Shown one piece after another: positions 37,207-49,164 of a DNA stretch of 64,000 bases; position 1 is the first letter of the stretch; each line of letters starts with the position of its first letter. Below the pieces are notes generated by a model. The model had not been told where the DNA came from. It searched no databases and saw only the letters and a program-made list of their open reading frames with translations. Both the position numbers and the translations under genes were made by a program. This DNA is from Lophium mytilinum (Eukaryota): the NCBI GenBank assembly GCA_010093605.1, contig MU004193.1:1495520-1559519 (forward strand), in the 5' to 3' direction.

Positions 37207-40200
37207 ATGGCTCTTGTACCTTGGTACTTCAGACGAGAAGGTCCCCTGATCTCTTCCACATGTCTTCCGGTCAGATTTACTGTTCCATCTCTTACTTCCT
37301 CATTCAATTCACATAAGGGCACATAGCCAGCATCTTGTGCATACGTCTCGTGGAGCTAGCCCCTTTCCCATCTCTTGCTTGAACGGTATCCATCTCTTGC
37401 CCAACGCCAGCGCGAGAGGAACGTCTTCAACTTTTTTCATGTTGATAGATGCATATCTCAGCATGTCATGCATGTGAAAGCGCAAGATCAATGCTTTCCT
37501 CTCCAGCAGTCCTTCGGAACCCGCATGGGGGCCTTCCTGCTGTGGGATAAGGGCGATCCTGTTTCCAGAGCTGCATGGACAAGGTTCTTTCCTCTGCGGT
37601 TTTAAACGGCGGGATACATTCCCACACTAGATGCTCACCAATCCGAAGCTTGTGTCCTTTTTTCATACTTCCATCTCATCTCTTATTTCTTGCATTGGCG
37701 CTTGGCTACCAGTCTCTTCATCTCTTCATGGGTCCGCGGTTCGATTGAGTCGTCTCTTTCATAACCGTTAATACCTAGCTTTATTTTCTCTCCGTCTTTT
37801 TCATCTGATGAATTGTCAGTCTCTTGAGGGTCTCTCCATCTCTTTCTGGTCCAGTCATTCCTCGTAGTATCTGTCTGAACGCGATGAGAATACTGATCCC
37901 AAGATCGGGGCGTTGATCGTCGTGAGCGCGAGCGCAGCATTCTTGTTTCTAGATCTGGGGAACCATGCTTCCCAGGCGCCAGTTCTTTCTCTCAGTATCT
38001 CGGCCATAGTATGCGGGGGGTCTCAGCTAGCCTGATGCCCTCCCTTCCTATATTTCGGCTTTTCATTTCCTCTGGCCATCAACCAAACGTGATTATTCGT
38101 GTGCGCTGCGGTGCGATGGGACTCGGTCGCTCAAGCGTAGCTTGAAGGCTAGGTTGCGTGTCGTTCATGGGCCTTGGGCAATGGAAAGGTGCCGCCGGCT
38201 TGGATTTTCCTTTGACATGTGCTGATCGTGGGGGCCGTTGCTTTTCTCGAGCTGCCGTGTTGTCGAGATAACGCGGTGAGTTGGGAGCGGGTAGGAGTAG
38301 GTGGTGGATAGGTCTGTCTGCTTATTGGTAGGCCAGCATGAGCGTGCTGAGTTCTCGTTCGGCGTTCGAAACTTCTGCGGAAACCAGCGATGCGGTGGAG
38401 GATGGCATACTGCTCCAAGGAAGACGTCCTCATCACCCCTACTTCCGCGAATCGGAGCGACTGAAGCTTTCGCTGTACGGCTCCGCCCCGCACATATGGA
38501 GCTGGTATCCGCGATTTCTATTGTAGCTGCGCAGCTTTCTTTGAGAAGCCGGCTTGCCGATGCGGTCTGTTGTGAGTTTGGCCTACTAGGTTGCGATGAA
38601 GTGGTCTCGGCGCAGTCGGAAGAGCGACCATGCAGTGCTCCTAGCTGAGTCACTGTCCTATCCCGCTACAAATGCCCTGACCCACATGGAGCTTGGCTCT
38701 TGTCTGTGTCCTAAGTCCAAGTCCGCCGGTGGGTCCAAGACGGCGATGGAGGCCAGCCCGGCGAGAGATGTCAGGATGGTGGATGGGGGTTTCGCGCGCG
38801 CAGAGAACGAGGAGGAGAGGTGCGGGATTGGAGGTCCTATCCGTCTAGCTGCCATATGCCACCGCAGATGTCATGGTCCGCAAAGCCTTTGCTCCTGGTG
38901 GTGGCGTGGGCATGTGGGGTGAGGGGACTGCACAGTTGGCTGTTCTTTCGCCATCCAAGTAAGGCAGATGGCCGACCGACCGCGACAGCCTGGGTGTCGT
39001 ACTGTCAAAGGCCGGCTAATAGTGTCCAGGTCTATCCAACGCTTGATCCTTGTTCGCGTGTAGGCATGAGGCTGTCGCGCGCTTCCGGCATTCGAACTTT
39101 CTTTGCGTCTTGGACGACAAGGAGAGGAGATGATCGGGCGCTCTCGATCGCTTCATTGTCTTGTCCGCGGCAAGTGTCCTGGTCCCGCATAGCGCTTGGT
39201 AACTCTCCGCGGTGTTGGCAAGAGCGCTTCAGATTTGAGGTATTCTTCGCCGAGCAGAAGGAAAGGGACGAACGGGCCGGCCGCAGGACCTCCTAACTAC
39301 TTTGCGGCTGCGCTCCCACCCAAACGACCCTAACCCGTATGGCTTTCGATGCTCGTTCGTGGTGTGGGTGTAAAGTGAAGAGGAGACTCCGGAAGGGGGG
39401 TTTCTCTGCCGTGCGAAAGACATGGAGGCGAGGAGATAGGAAGGCTATCGGGGTATCGCTGCTGAACGCATGATTCTCGCCATGACCCGCCTGTTTTAGC
39501 TACAAGTCGCGAGGCGCTGGATAAAGAGGTGGCCGTTGTGGAGGCGCGGATGGTGTCTGTCGTGGACCTGGTCGCCCACCGCTCGAAGAGAATGCGAGGG
39601 AAGAGCGCGCGCGCAACCGCGAGGGGCAACACCATTATGAGCCTGCGTCCTGTAATGGCGTCTCGTTGTAGAAGATGATAAAGGGGCCCCGAGAGAAAAG
39701 AGGAGGCAGATGAGAAGATCGTGCTCGCCTGTGGTCCTGCGCAGAAAACCAGCGAGGACGAGCATAGGCATATCGAAGGGGATAGCCCCGCAAACCCAAC
39801 CAGCGCCTCTTCCCAAAGTCGTGAAGGGAATGGTCAGAATTATCACCGTTTCTCAGGAGCTTTGTCAAAGGGGCTCAATGTTTCCTCACCAGGGGCAAAC
39901 ACTACAGCACATCTCCTGGACAATCTGCTCACGAAAACAAAGTTCGGAGCATACATAGTGCGTCTTGAGTGCTTCACGAGTTTGACCCGGTCAAGACACC
40001 GCCAGCAAGATCTCTCTGGCACGTCTACTCGAGATACAATACTCTACCATTGAGATTAGGCCTTGGACTTACCTATGTGCCATCCAAGCCACTTCGGTGA
40101 TGCTGTAAGCCTCGTAGCATCGCCATTCGTGCTTAGAGGACTCATATGTCTTACGGCTGTTGCATAGCCTGATAGCTATCACAACCAGATGCTGTCTATA

Positions 40201-40642
40201 TACAACGCACCAGGACTGGGGGAAAGCACTTATCTGCCGCGCAGAGACACGCATGTCCGCATGATACTCGATTCAGGGGCTCGAAATCCGCAGGAATGAG
40301 GGGTGAGACGCAAGGGAGGGTGCCTCAGCCTATATACACCCGCTTCCCGTCCAGATGGGATGAAGCATGGCCCGGTGGACGGGCTGGAGATGGTGATAGG
40401 CATCGCTGTGGTGTTGAGGGCTTGCTGTCGCCGTCGCCGTGGGGCTGCCTGACTCAGCAAGGGTCTCCAGTCGCTAAGCTCCATCATAAAGTTCACGTCC
40501 TCGACCGCGACAACGTCAATCCACCACCTCTCCTCCACTCCTCGACCAGGCCAATCGACTCTGCATTCATCCAGAGACGTGCCCCGAGGACTCGACACTA
40601 CTTTCCACATATATCTGCAACCGCCTTCACCGTCGCAGCACG

Positions 40643-42129
40643 ATGTCGTACCGCAACCGCAACAACCGTCAGGTACGTCTTCAGTGCGCGCAGTTCGCAG
40701 CTGGCGCAACCCACCAACCTCACATCTCGTACTTCAGCTGACCCTCCTTCTCCTCCTATAGCAGTATCAGGGTGCCTCCTCCACGTTCAGAGAGCACGAC
40801 ACCGCCTACAACGACGATGGATACTACGACGACAACAGCTACGATGACGCGGGATACGCTTTCAAGGACGCAGCAGGTCACGGCAGCAGCGCAGAACATC
40901 ACAAGGTGAGCTTCCAATCGCGCAAACACTCTTCAATTCCAACTCTGACTAATCGTGCTCAGGTCTTTCTTCCTCCCTGCTGTGATATTGCAAGCAACAT
41001 CCTTCCCTCCCGAGCGATTGTCTCCCGACGTCTGACAACGGACGAAGCTGCCTGGGAGCGTGTCACACTTTAGAAGATTCATGCTGACATCAATTCTTTC
41101 AGCAGCCTGACGAATACAACCAGGGTCCTACTCCCGACCAGCTTGACAAGTAAGTTGCCTCTACCCTCGTTTCTAAGGAACCAACTCTAACATTTCGCAG
41201 GGCAGAATGGGTCCATGACCGCTGGCAGGGTGACGATGACGGTACGTCTTCCCATAGCCATGGCCCTCCAACCATGCTGACGCCTCCCAGACCGTCCCTA
41301 CAGGAAGAACGACCGCCAGGCCTTCAAGCCTCTGGACAGCTACCAGCCCGCTCGCGGCCCGAAGACGTAAGCATCCCTTCTTCCATTACCATAACATACT
41401 AATCAATCGTGCAGTACCCCTGGCGTTCAGGTTACAATCCGTGGATTCCCCCACGATGTCTCCGAGCCCGAAGTACGCGACCTGGCCGAGAAGTTCGGCG
41501 ACGCGCTCGAGGTCAAGCTGATCTTTGACCGCATGGACCGATCTACCGGTGTTGCGCACATCACGTACAAGGACGAGGACACCGCTCGTGCTGCTGTTAC
41601 CGACATTCACGGCGCCAAGGCCTACGGCAAGCCAGTCACAGCCACCATCACGGCCCGCAACTTCGCCCAAAAGCGCTCTTTGTTCGAGCGGATCGAGCAC
41701 CCCATGGCCCAGGACCGCGACACTTCGCGCGGAAGAATGAACAATCGGACCGAGAGAGGGTACGCTGCGGGCCCGCGCAACGACACCCGGCGTGACAGCA
41801 GCAACCGCGCGTATAACAACAGCAGACGCTCCAGTGAAGACAAGGGCGCGCGGGGTGGCCGGGGACGCCCGGCGATGGACCGATACATCCCACCACACCG
41901 GGAATCGGGCGTGCTGCGGCCGCGCGCTGGCGGCAACCGCGTCGAGCGGAAGCCAGCCGCGCAGGGTCGCCGTGGTGGCCGGGCCGAGCGCCCAAAGCTG
42001 ACGCAGGAGCAGCTCGACAAGGAAATGGACGCGTATTTCGCGTCCAAGGACGCCGGAGCCGCCGCTGCCGCCGAGACTGCCCCCGCGGCCGCGAAGGCCG
42101 ACGACATGGACCTCGACCTCGAGCTCTGA
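40643..42129 (+). CDS. RRM plus C-terminal FoP/UAP56-binding-motif protein (Yra1/ALYREF/CHTOP-like), 5 introns
   Basis: Introns 40673-40761, 40906-41102, 41150-41200, 41242-41290, 41367-41414 give one frame containing WVHDRW, an RRM (FDRMDRSTGVAHITY), an RG-rich linker and LTQEQLDKEMDAYF. Confidence 0.88.
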
Positions 42130-42339
42130 TCTGAAGCCTGTTTCCTGTGTGCTGTTTACTGACTCTTCGAATCGGAAGCCTGGTGGCTAGGGTTTTGGGG
42201 TGCTAGGTGGTGCATTGAGGCGTTCCAGCGGTTCTGGCGGGTGGGTTAGCATGTGTGGAGCATAGGTGTGATTTGGGCCTTCGGGCATCGGACTTCGTTT
42301 CCTGTAGCTGAATCAAGCCTTTATGGAAACGGGATTGTT

Positions 42340-44050
42340 TGCCCCACGTGATTTGAACTGTCTGGTGTGGTGTCTTGACTACCTGGGAAATGTGTGGAGG
42401 TACTTCAGACGGCGGTAGGGAGGGGTGCGGAGGCAGTGAGATTTTGGAAGATTTGGACGTTGAGGTTTGGTAGGGGGTTGGATTTGGCGCGCGTATCACG
42501 GTATAGTTCCCACGGTATGCCAGCGTTTGAGGTTCTTCAGCAGGGTCTAATTTCTCAATGTAGGATGTAAAGTTTTCAAGAGCACGATTTAGAAGGGTGC
42601 GAGATAGTATGCTCCTTGTGATTTGAACCAACTTGTGTAGTGATTTAACTGCATGGGAAATGTGTGGAGGGACTTCAGACGGTGGTAGAGCGGTAGATGT
42701 AGGCAGCGGGATCTCGTGCGGTTTGGACTGCGAGAGTTCGAGGGCGTTGGATTTGGAGTGTGTATCACGGTATATTTATCACGGTATACCACCGTTTGAG
42801 GTTCTTCAACGAAGTCTAAATTTTCTATATAGGATGTCAAATTTTCAAGAGCATGAATCAGAGGGGTGCGAGATAGTGTGCGCCTCGTTGGTATGCCGCC
42901 GTTTAAGGTTCTTCAACGAAGTCTTATTTTTCTGCTTAGGATGTCAAATTCTGAAGAACGTGAATTGGAGGGGTGGTAGGTAGACGGCTCTAACACTTAT
43001 TTACCACCGTAGGAGGTCTTCTAACAGGGTTACGAACCGTGAGTGTAATAGGCAGCGGAATCTGGTATGATGTTAACTGTGGGGTTTCGTAGGAGGTTGG
43101 GTTTAGAGTGCATGTTACGGTAAATGGATTACGGTATAGCGCCGTTTGAGGTTCTTCAACGAGGTCTAAATTTTCTGCATATGATGTAAAGTTTCCAAGA
43201 ACGCAAATTGGAGGGGCGCGGCATGCACGCTATTCGCATCTGCTTACCACCGTAGGAGGTGCTCTAACATCTTTAAAAAGTGCTGAATAGGATGTAAAGT
43301 TTCTGAGGGCGCGAATTAGAGAGGTGGTAAATAAATGCTATTTCTTCACGTCCGCCGCTGTAAGAGGTCCTCTAACTAGGTCAAAAAATAAGGTATAGGA
43401 TGTAAAGAGCTAGAACGCGTGAATTAGAAGGGTGATATTTATACCTATTCGCCACTGCATGAAGTCCTCTAACAAGATTAATAATCATTGAAGAGGATGT
43501 AGAAAGCTAGAATACGTAAAGTTGAAGGGTAATATTGGCATCGGTCCACCGCTGTATGAAGTGCTCCAACGAGGTTAAGAAATGTCGGAGAGGATGTAAA
43601 AAGCTAGAATGTGTGAAGTGGAAGGGCGATTTCTACATCTATCCACCGCCGCGAGGAGTCCTCTAGCAAGGTTACAGAAACATAGATTAGGATGTAAAGA
43701 GCTGGAACGTGTAGATTAGAAGATGCTAGATAGAGGTGGTTTATACCTGTTCGCCGCTGCAAGAGGTCCTTTTACAAGGTTAAAAAATGGGGTGTAGGAT
43801 GTGAAGAGCTGGAAGGTGTGAAATAGGAGGGTACTAGATAGATGTTGTCTACACCTGTTCGCCGCCGCAAGAAGTCCTCTAACAAGGTTATAAAAACGTA
43901 GAATAGGATGTAAAGAGCTAGAATGCTTGAATCGGAGGGTGATTAATAGACACTGTTTACACCTGTTTGCCGCTGCAAGGGGTCCTTTAGCAAGGTCGAA
44001 ATATGAGGTGTGAGATGTAAAGAGCTAGAAGGCGTGAAATGGGAAGGTAG
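42340..44050 (+). repeat. Tandem array of ~108/97-bp units (12 or more anchors) with a 270-bp higher-order duplication at its left end
   Basis: AGGATGT(A/C/G)AA-like anchors at 42562, 42831, 42938, 43181, 43289, 43397, 43494, 43591, 43689, 43796, 43905, ~44012; recurring GCCGCTGCAAGAGGTCCTCTAACAAGGTT block. Confidence 0.95.
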
Positions 44051-44286
44051 TCATCTCGTCTGCGATAACGGGCGCTAACAACCCATCCTGCCCCTCCAAA
44101 CTTCGGAACCCCTCGCTTTCTCGGACGGCAGATGAACTCGGAACCACCATGAAGAACATTTACGCCCTTCTCGTAAACGCAATGCAGCTCTCCCACCACT
44201 TCCACGCGCTCTTTCCTACTTAACTCTTTCTCGCCTTCCCAGTTGACCTCACCAATCTTCCTCTCTTTTGACCAAATCCTCCAACT

Positions 44287-46005
44287 ATGCCTCCCACCAC
44301 TTCCCCCCTCAACGACGCCAACGATGGCCTCCTCTACGTAACAATGCAGCCCAAGCCTTCCCTCCCCCTCGCCCGCTTCCACGACTGGTACAACAACGAG
44401 CACGGCCCAGGCCGCCTGCGCCTCCCCTTCGTGCCCACGGGCTTCCGCTACCGCGCCACCGACGGCCGCGCCCCGTCCCCTGAGACCCCGGAGTGGGTTG
44501 CCGTCTACGACATCAAGGATATGGACGAGCTGACGCGGGAGACTTATACACGGCTGCGCGCGCCGCCGGTGCAGAGCCAGCGGGAGCGCGACACGATGAA
44601 GGAGATCACGATCCGGCGGCGGTTCTACGACTTTATCCCCGGCGCGGAGTGGACGGCGCCGGGGTATGTGGGGCATGAGGCGGTGGGGGAGGAGGGGCGG
44701 AAGAGGGTGCTGCTGTCGGTGCTGCTGACGCTGAGGGAGGGGCAGGAGGCGGAGCGGGAAGAGAGGTTGGGGAAGTGGTATGCGGAGGAGGATGTGGGGT
44801 TGTTGCAGAAGGTGCCCGGGTGGTTGAGGACGAGAAGGTTTGTGACGAGTCGGCATGAGACGGCGGAGGGGAAGAGGGAGTTTCTTGCGCTGCATGAGTT
44901 TGAGGTGGAGAAGTATCTTGGGGAGGAGGAGTTTAGGAAAGCGGTGAGCACGGAGTGGGCGAGGAAGATTTTTGAGGAGGTGGTGGATGAGAAGAAGGTG
45001 AGGAGGGTGTATGAGTCGTATTATACGTTTGGGGCGGCGCCGAGGGACTTGGGGTGCTTGGAGTCTGAAGAGGTGGTGCCTGCAGAAAGTACGGATGGGA
45101 AGACGCGGACGACGCCAAAACAGGAGCAGAAAAGAGCGGTGATTGAGTCGTATGTCACTACGAAGGATGGAGTGGAGCTTCCGTATCGACTTGAGGGCTC
45201 ATCGGATCCGCAGGCTCCGCTTATTGTTCTCTGTAACTCGATTTTGGTGGAGATGGGGATCTGGGATGCCTTTATCGACGCATTTCTCTCGAGAGCAGAG
45301 AACAAGAAGTTTCGCATCCTGCGATATCATACGCGAGGGCGTTCAAGCAACTCCGGATCGGAGCCGGTCACGGTTGATTTGCTTGCATCAGACATCATCT
45401 CGCTCCTCGACGCTTTGAGAGTGCCGAGGGCTGCCGCAGTCATCGGTGTCAGTCTTGGAGGTGCAACAGCACTCAACGTCGGGTTGAAACACCCTGACCG
45501 AGTTGCGACATTCGTCGCCTGCGACACAAATGCCAACAGTCCCGCTGGAAACAGTAAAGCATGGGGCGAGAGAATCGCAATGGCAGAGAAGGAAGGTGCT
45601 CAAGGCCAAGGCGAAGCTGTTGTGGGAGAGGAGCTGGCCGAGGCCACGGTCAGGAGGTGGTTCGTAAAGGAAAGTTACGACGGAGGAAAGATGGAGGCGG
45701 AGATTGAGAGAGTCAAGAAGATGGTCGCGACGAACAGCCTCGCAGGCTTCAAGCACAGCGTGCAGGCACTCTTCGACTACGACCTGAGGGAGGAGATGAA
45801 GTCGTACACCGGTGAAGGCTGGGACAGCGGGGAAGGCGCGTTCCTGGTCGGTGGTGGTGATGGTGTTTTACCAAAGACGATGAAAGAAATGTCGGAATCA
45901 CTGGGACAGGGTGCACCCTACTTTGTGGTTGAGGGAGCTGGACATCTGCCCATGGTGGAGAAGCCGGAGCAGGTGGCGCTTTACGTGTCTGAGTTCTTGC
46001 ATTAG
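44287..46005 (+). CDS. Fusion of EthD-like dimeric alpha-beta barrel region and PcaD (enol-lactonase)-like alpha/beta hydrolase
   Basis: N-half FHDWYNNEHGPGRLRLP and KWYAEEDVGLLQKVPGWLRTRRF (two barrel repeats); C-half RYHTRGR, GVSLGG nucleophile elbow, TVRRWF, AGHLPMVEKPE. Confidence 0.88.
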   Translation: MPPTTSPLNDANDGLLYVTMQPKPSLPLARFHDWYNNEHGPGRLRLPFVPTGFRYRATDGRAPSPETPEWVAVYDIKDMDELTRETYTRLRAPPVQSQRERDTMKEITIRRRFYDFIPGAEWTAPGYVGHEAVGEEGRKRVLLSVLLTLREGQEAEREERLGKWYAEEDVGLLQKVPGWLRTRRFVTSRHETAEGKREFLALHEFEVEKYLGEEEFRKAVSTEWARKIFEEVVDEKKVRRVYESYYTFGAAPRDLGCLESEEVVPAESTDGKTRTTPKQEQKRAVIESYVTTKDGVELPYRLEGSSDPQAPLIVLCNSILVEMGIWDAFIDAFLSRAENKKFRILRYHTRGRSSNSGSEPVTVDLLASDIISLLDALRVPRAAAVIGVSLGGATALNVGLKHPDRVATFVACDTNANSPAGNSKAWGERIAMAEKEGAQGQGEAVVGEELAEATVRRWFVKESYDGGKMEAEIERVKKMVATNSLAGFKHSVQALFDYDLREEMKSYTGEGWDSGEGAFLVGGGDGVLPKTMKEMSESLGQGAPYFVVEGAGHLPMVEKPEQVALYVSEFLH

Positions 46006-47072
46006 ATTTAGCATTCATATAGACATCTTGGAGGAAGGGTCTCTCGAGGATTCGATATTCACAGAAACCATCTCTCGCAAGGTTTGGCTCCCGTAAGAGC
46101 CGCTTATCCAAGTTCCCTGTTCGTCTAAACCTCGGAGCAGTAGAATTGAAGAATGTGGAGCATATCTAATCCTTCACAGACCAAGTCCCCTGAATCATCC
46201 CTTCAACGGCAGTCTCCACATCAGAAGTGAGGGCTGCCATCTCTAAGAACCTCAACATGACTGCTACACAGCAAGATGTTACTCGACACATGTCCATCTA
46301 CCCCGCCATGACCATCCATTGTTTCACTCTTCAATGTTTCAATTCACCCCGCACACGCCAACACGCCTAAAACACTCGGCAATGCTTAGCGAAGCTTGAG
46401 CACGGTCCAAACATACCATAGTACGCAGCGCCATCTCCCCTGCTCCAATCGCGCCCAGCCTTCTCCGCAAATAAAGGCGTCTCCCGGGCTCCGAGGGTGT
46501 GCAGGAAGCACGTTCGTCATGTGAGTGCGCCGCCGCGCCGGGGTCGTCCATGAGCGAAGGGTGTGAGCCTCGCCGCAGCGCGTAGGGAATCTATTCCCAG
46601 AGAGCGCTTCGAGTAGAGATCTGCCAGCCGCCGACTTCTTCACCTTGTTGAGAAGGCCGCAAGCCAAGAGGAGGGACGGGTATGCATCCAAGCGCGCGTC
46701 AGAGTGAAGAGGGGAGCGGATTTGCAGTCCGCGTGGCCCAGGGTAAGAGCGGGCCAACAACAGGCTTAGTCTAGCACAGCAACGCAACGCAAGCTGGGTG
46801 GCTGGTTCTGTGCCATGTGTGTTAGTGTTTTCCTTGACCTCATCGCCGCCCCCGGGGCGATCCCTCGCGCCTGTCAGCCAGCCCGGATGTCTTATTCTTG
46901 TTCTGTCGTGTCGTAAGCCGTGCCGTGTACCTGCGTCTTACACTCTTACAACCTCACGCCTCACTCTCGCTTTCTATCACCCGTCAGATCTGACTCCTTG
47001 GTGAAGCTGCGGGTTGACTACGACGCTCGTTTGTGAGAACCTTGGTCGCTGAAGAAGTCGAGTGGGAATCAG

Positions 47073-48729
47073 ATGGCGTTTCTACGGAAAGCGGCGCATG
47101 CGCTGCTTGCGCTCAGCCTCGTTGGTAGGACAGTAACGCCCGTTGCTGCCATTACTTTGGATCCGACGAACTCTGGTATGTCTGCTCATACACTGTCAGC
47201 TCATCTCTTTCTCGAACCAATACAACATGTCAACTGCATCATTTCAAAAAAGACATTACACAACATCAACATGAACGATGCAGCCCAACTAACACATCCG
47301 AACCACAGACTCGATCAAAAGCGCCGCCAAAATAGTCGCGAAAGATCTCATGGGATACTACGCGACAGGCTCGACTGGTGCGGTCCTTAGCGGTATCCCC
47401 GGCTTGCTCACATACCCACCTTACTACTGGTGGGAGGCTGGCGCCATGTTCGGGCAGATGGTGGAGTACTGGTACTACACCGGCGACGACACATACAATG
47501 ATATAGTGTCGGCGGGGATGCAGAACCAAGTCGGTGTTGCGCGGGACTTTGTGCGTTCCCCAGCCTTCCAACTCGACGTTTCAAAGAACACATCTAACGC
47601 TGATACGTGCCGCAGATGCCCGCCAACCAGTCGAAAGATGAAGGTAACGACGACCAGCTCTTCTGGGCCTTCGCCGTCATGTCCGCAACCGAAGTCGGCT
47701 TCCCGAACCCTGCGGCCGACAAGCCGCAATGGCTCGCGCTGGCCCAATCCGTCTTCAACCAGCTCACAACCCGCTGGGATACCTCGCTGTGCGCCGGCGG
47801 GCTGCCCTGGCAGATCTACACCTGGAATCAGGGGTACAACTATAAGAACACCGCCGCGAACGGAGGACTCTTCCAGCTTGGCGCCCGGCTGGCGAAATAC
47901 ACCGGCAACCAGACATACGCGGACTGGGCAAATAAAGCGTACGACTGGCTTGCGAGCAGTCCGCTGATTACCGCCGATCTGCAGGTGTACGACGGAAGCA
48001 ACAGCCTGCAAAACTGCACCGACGCAGATCGGCTGCAGTGGTCGTATAACTACGGCATAATGATTGGAGGAGCTGCCTACGTTCGTCGTCCCCCAAACCC
48101 CCCTCCCTCACCCCCAAACTAACCGGGCAACCCAGATGTACAACTACACCAACGGCTCCACCATCTGGCAAACGCGCCTCACCGGCTTCCTCACGCACGC
48201 CGAATCCGTCTTCTTCCCCACCGCCTACGGCTCGCAAACCATGGTCGAAGTCGCGTGCGAAGTCACGCAGAAATGCGACGTCGACCAATGGAGTTTCAAA
48301 GCCTACCTCGCGCGGTGGATGGCCATTTCCGCACAAATCGCGCCCTTCACCGCCGCCAAGATCACGCCCTTGCTGCAAGCCTCCGCGAAGGCGGCCGCGA
48401 CGCAGTGTAACGGCGGCACCGACGGGACTGAGTGCGGCTCGCGCTGGTTCCAGGATACGTGCGACGGCAACGTGGGGGTAGGGCAGAGCATGAGCGCGCT
48501 GAGCGTCATCCAGGCGAACCTGATTGCGAGCGCGAAGGCGCCGCTGAGTGCGGATACGGGGGGGACGAGTAAGGGGAATCCGGCGGCGGGGACGGGGGGG
48601 AATGAGGGGAGTGCGAAGACAGGGTTGAGTGAGATTACGACGGCGGATAAGGCGGGGGCGGGGATTGTGACGACTTTGGCCCTCATAGCGGTTTTGGGGG
48701 GTGGGTGGTTCTTGGTTAGTGGCGATTGA
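47073..48729 (+). CDS. GH76 alpha-1,6-mannanase/transglycosylase (Dfg5/Dcw1-like), 3 introns, C-terminal anchor
   Basis: Signal peptide; YYWWEAGAMFG, EGNDDQLFWA (catalytic DD), CAGGLPWQI, WSYNYG, SFKAYLARWM, ITTADKAGAGIVT hydrophobic tail; introns 47176-47308, 47551-47615, 48081-48136. Confidence 0.95.
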
Positions 48730-49164
48730 GGGGTAAGAGTGAAGGTTTGTGATGTGTTAATGATGGGTTGGGTTAGGTTTTGCGTTTGGGCGTTTTTCGG
48801 GTTTCTCTCTCGCGCGCACTCCTTGGGGGCGCGCGAGAGGGTCGGGTTGCCTGCTCTTTTGCGCCCGCGGTGGGTTCTTTGTATATATTCATATCTCATG
48901 TCCAAGGAGATAACCTCCAGACGTCTTCGATGAGTTGAAGGAAGCAGGTATGCTTCGGCTTTTATATTGAAACGCACCATCGTAACCAGAATTGGTATCC
49001 CGTCCTTCCCTTAAAGCTCGTTAGAGAGCTAGGTAGCTGTCAATACAAAGTTACACATGTCGTTGAAACCAAGCCGTTGCCCAGGAGCGCTCATCGCTGC
49101 CAAGGGGGTGCCGGTGCCTGGGCGCCGAGTCGTAGGGCGGGAGGCGGGAGGGTGGGATGGTGGG

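Noticed and set aside
42340..44050. CRISPR array or 5S rRNA repeats
   Set aside because: Whole units are homologous and diverged rather than identical repeats with unique spacers; eukaryotic context with no cas genes; no resemblance to 5S rRNA.
43180..44050. 108-bp unit as a 36-aa repeat protein gene
   Set aside because: Unit lengths of 97, 98, 107 and 109 break the frame, and stops occur in the frames I translated.
43987..44895. 302-aa minus-strand ORF and similar long antisense ORFs (57424-58188, 48303-48980, 33881-34480)
   Set aside because: Shadow frames of well-supported genes on the opposite strand, caused by codon bias.
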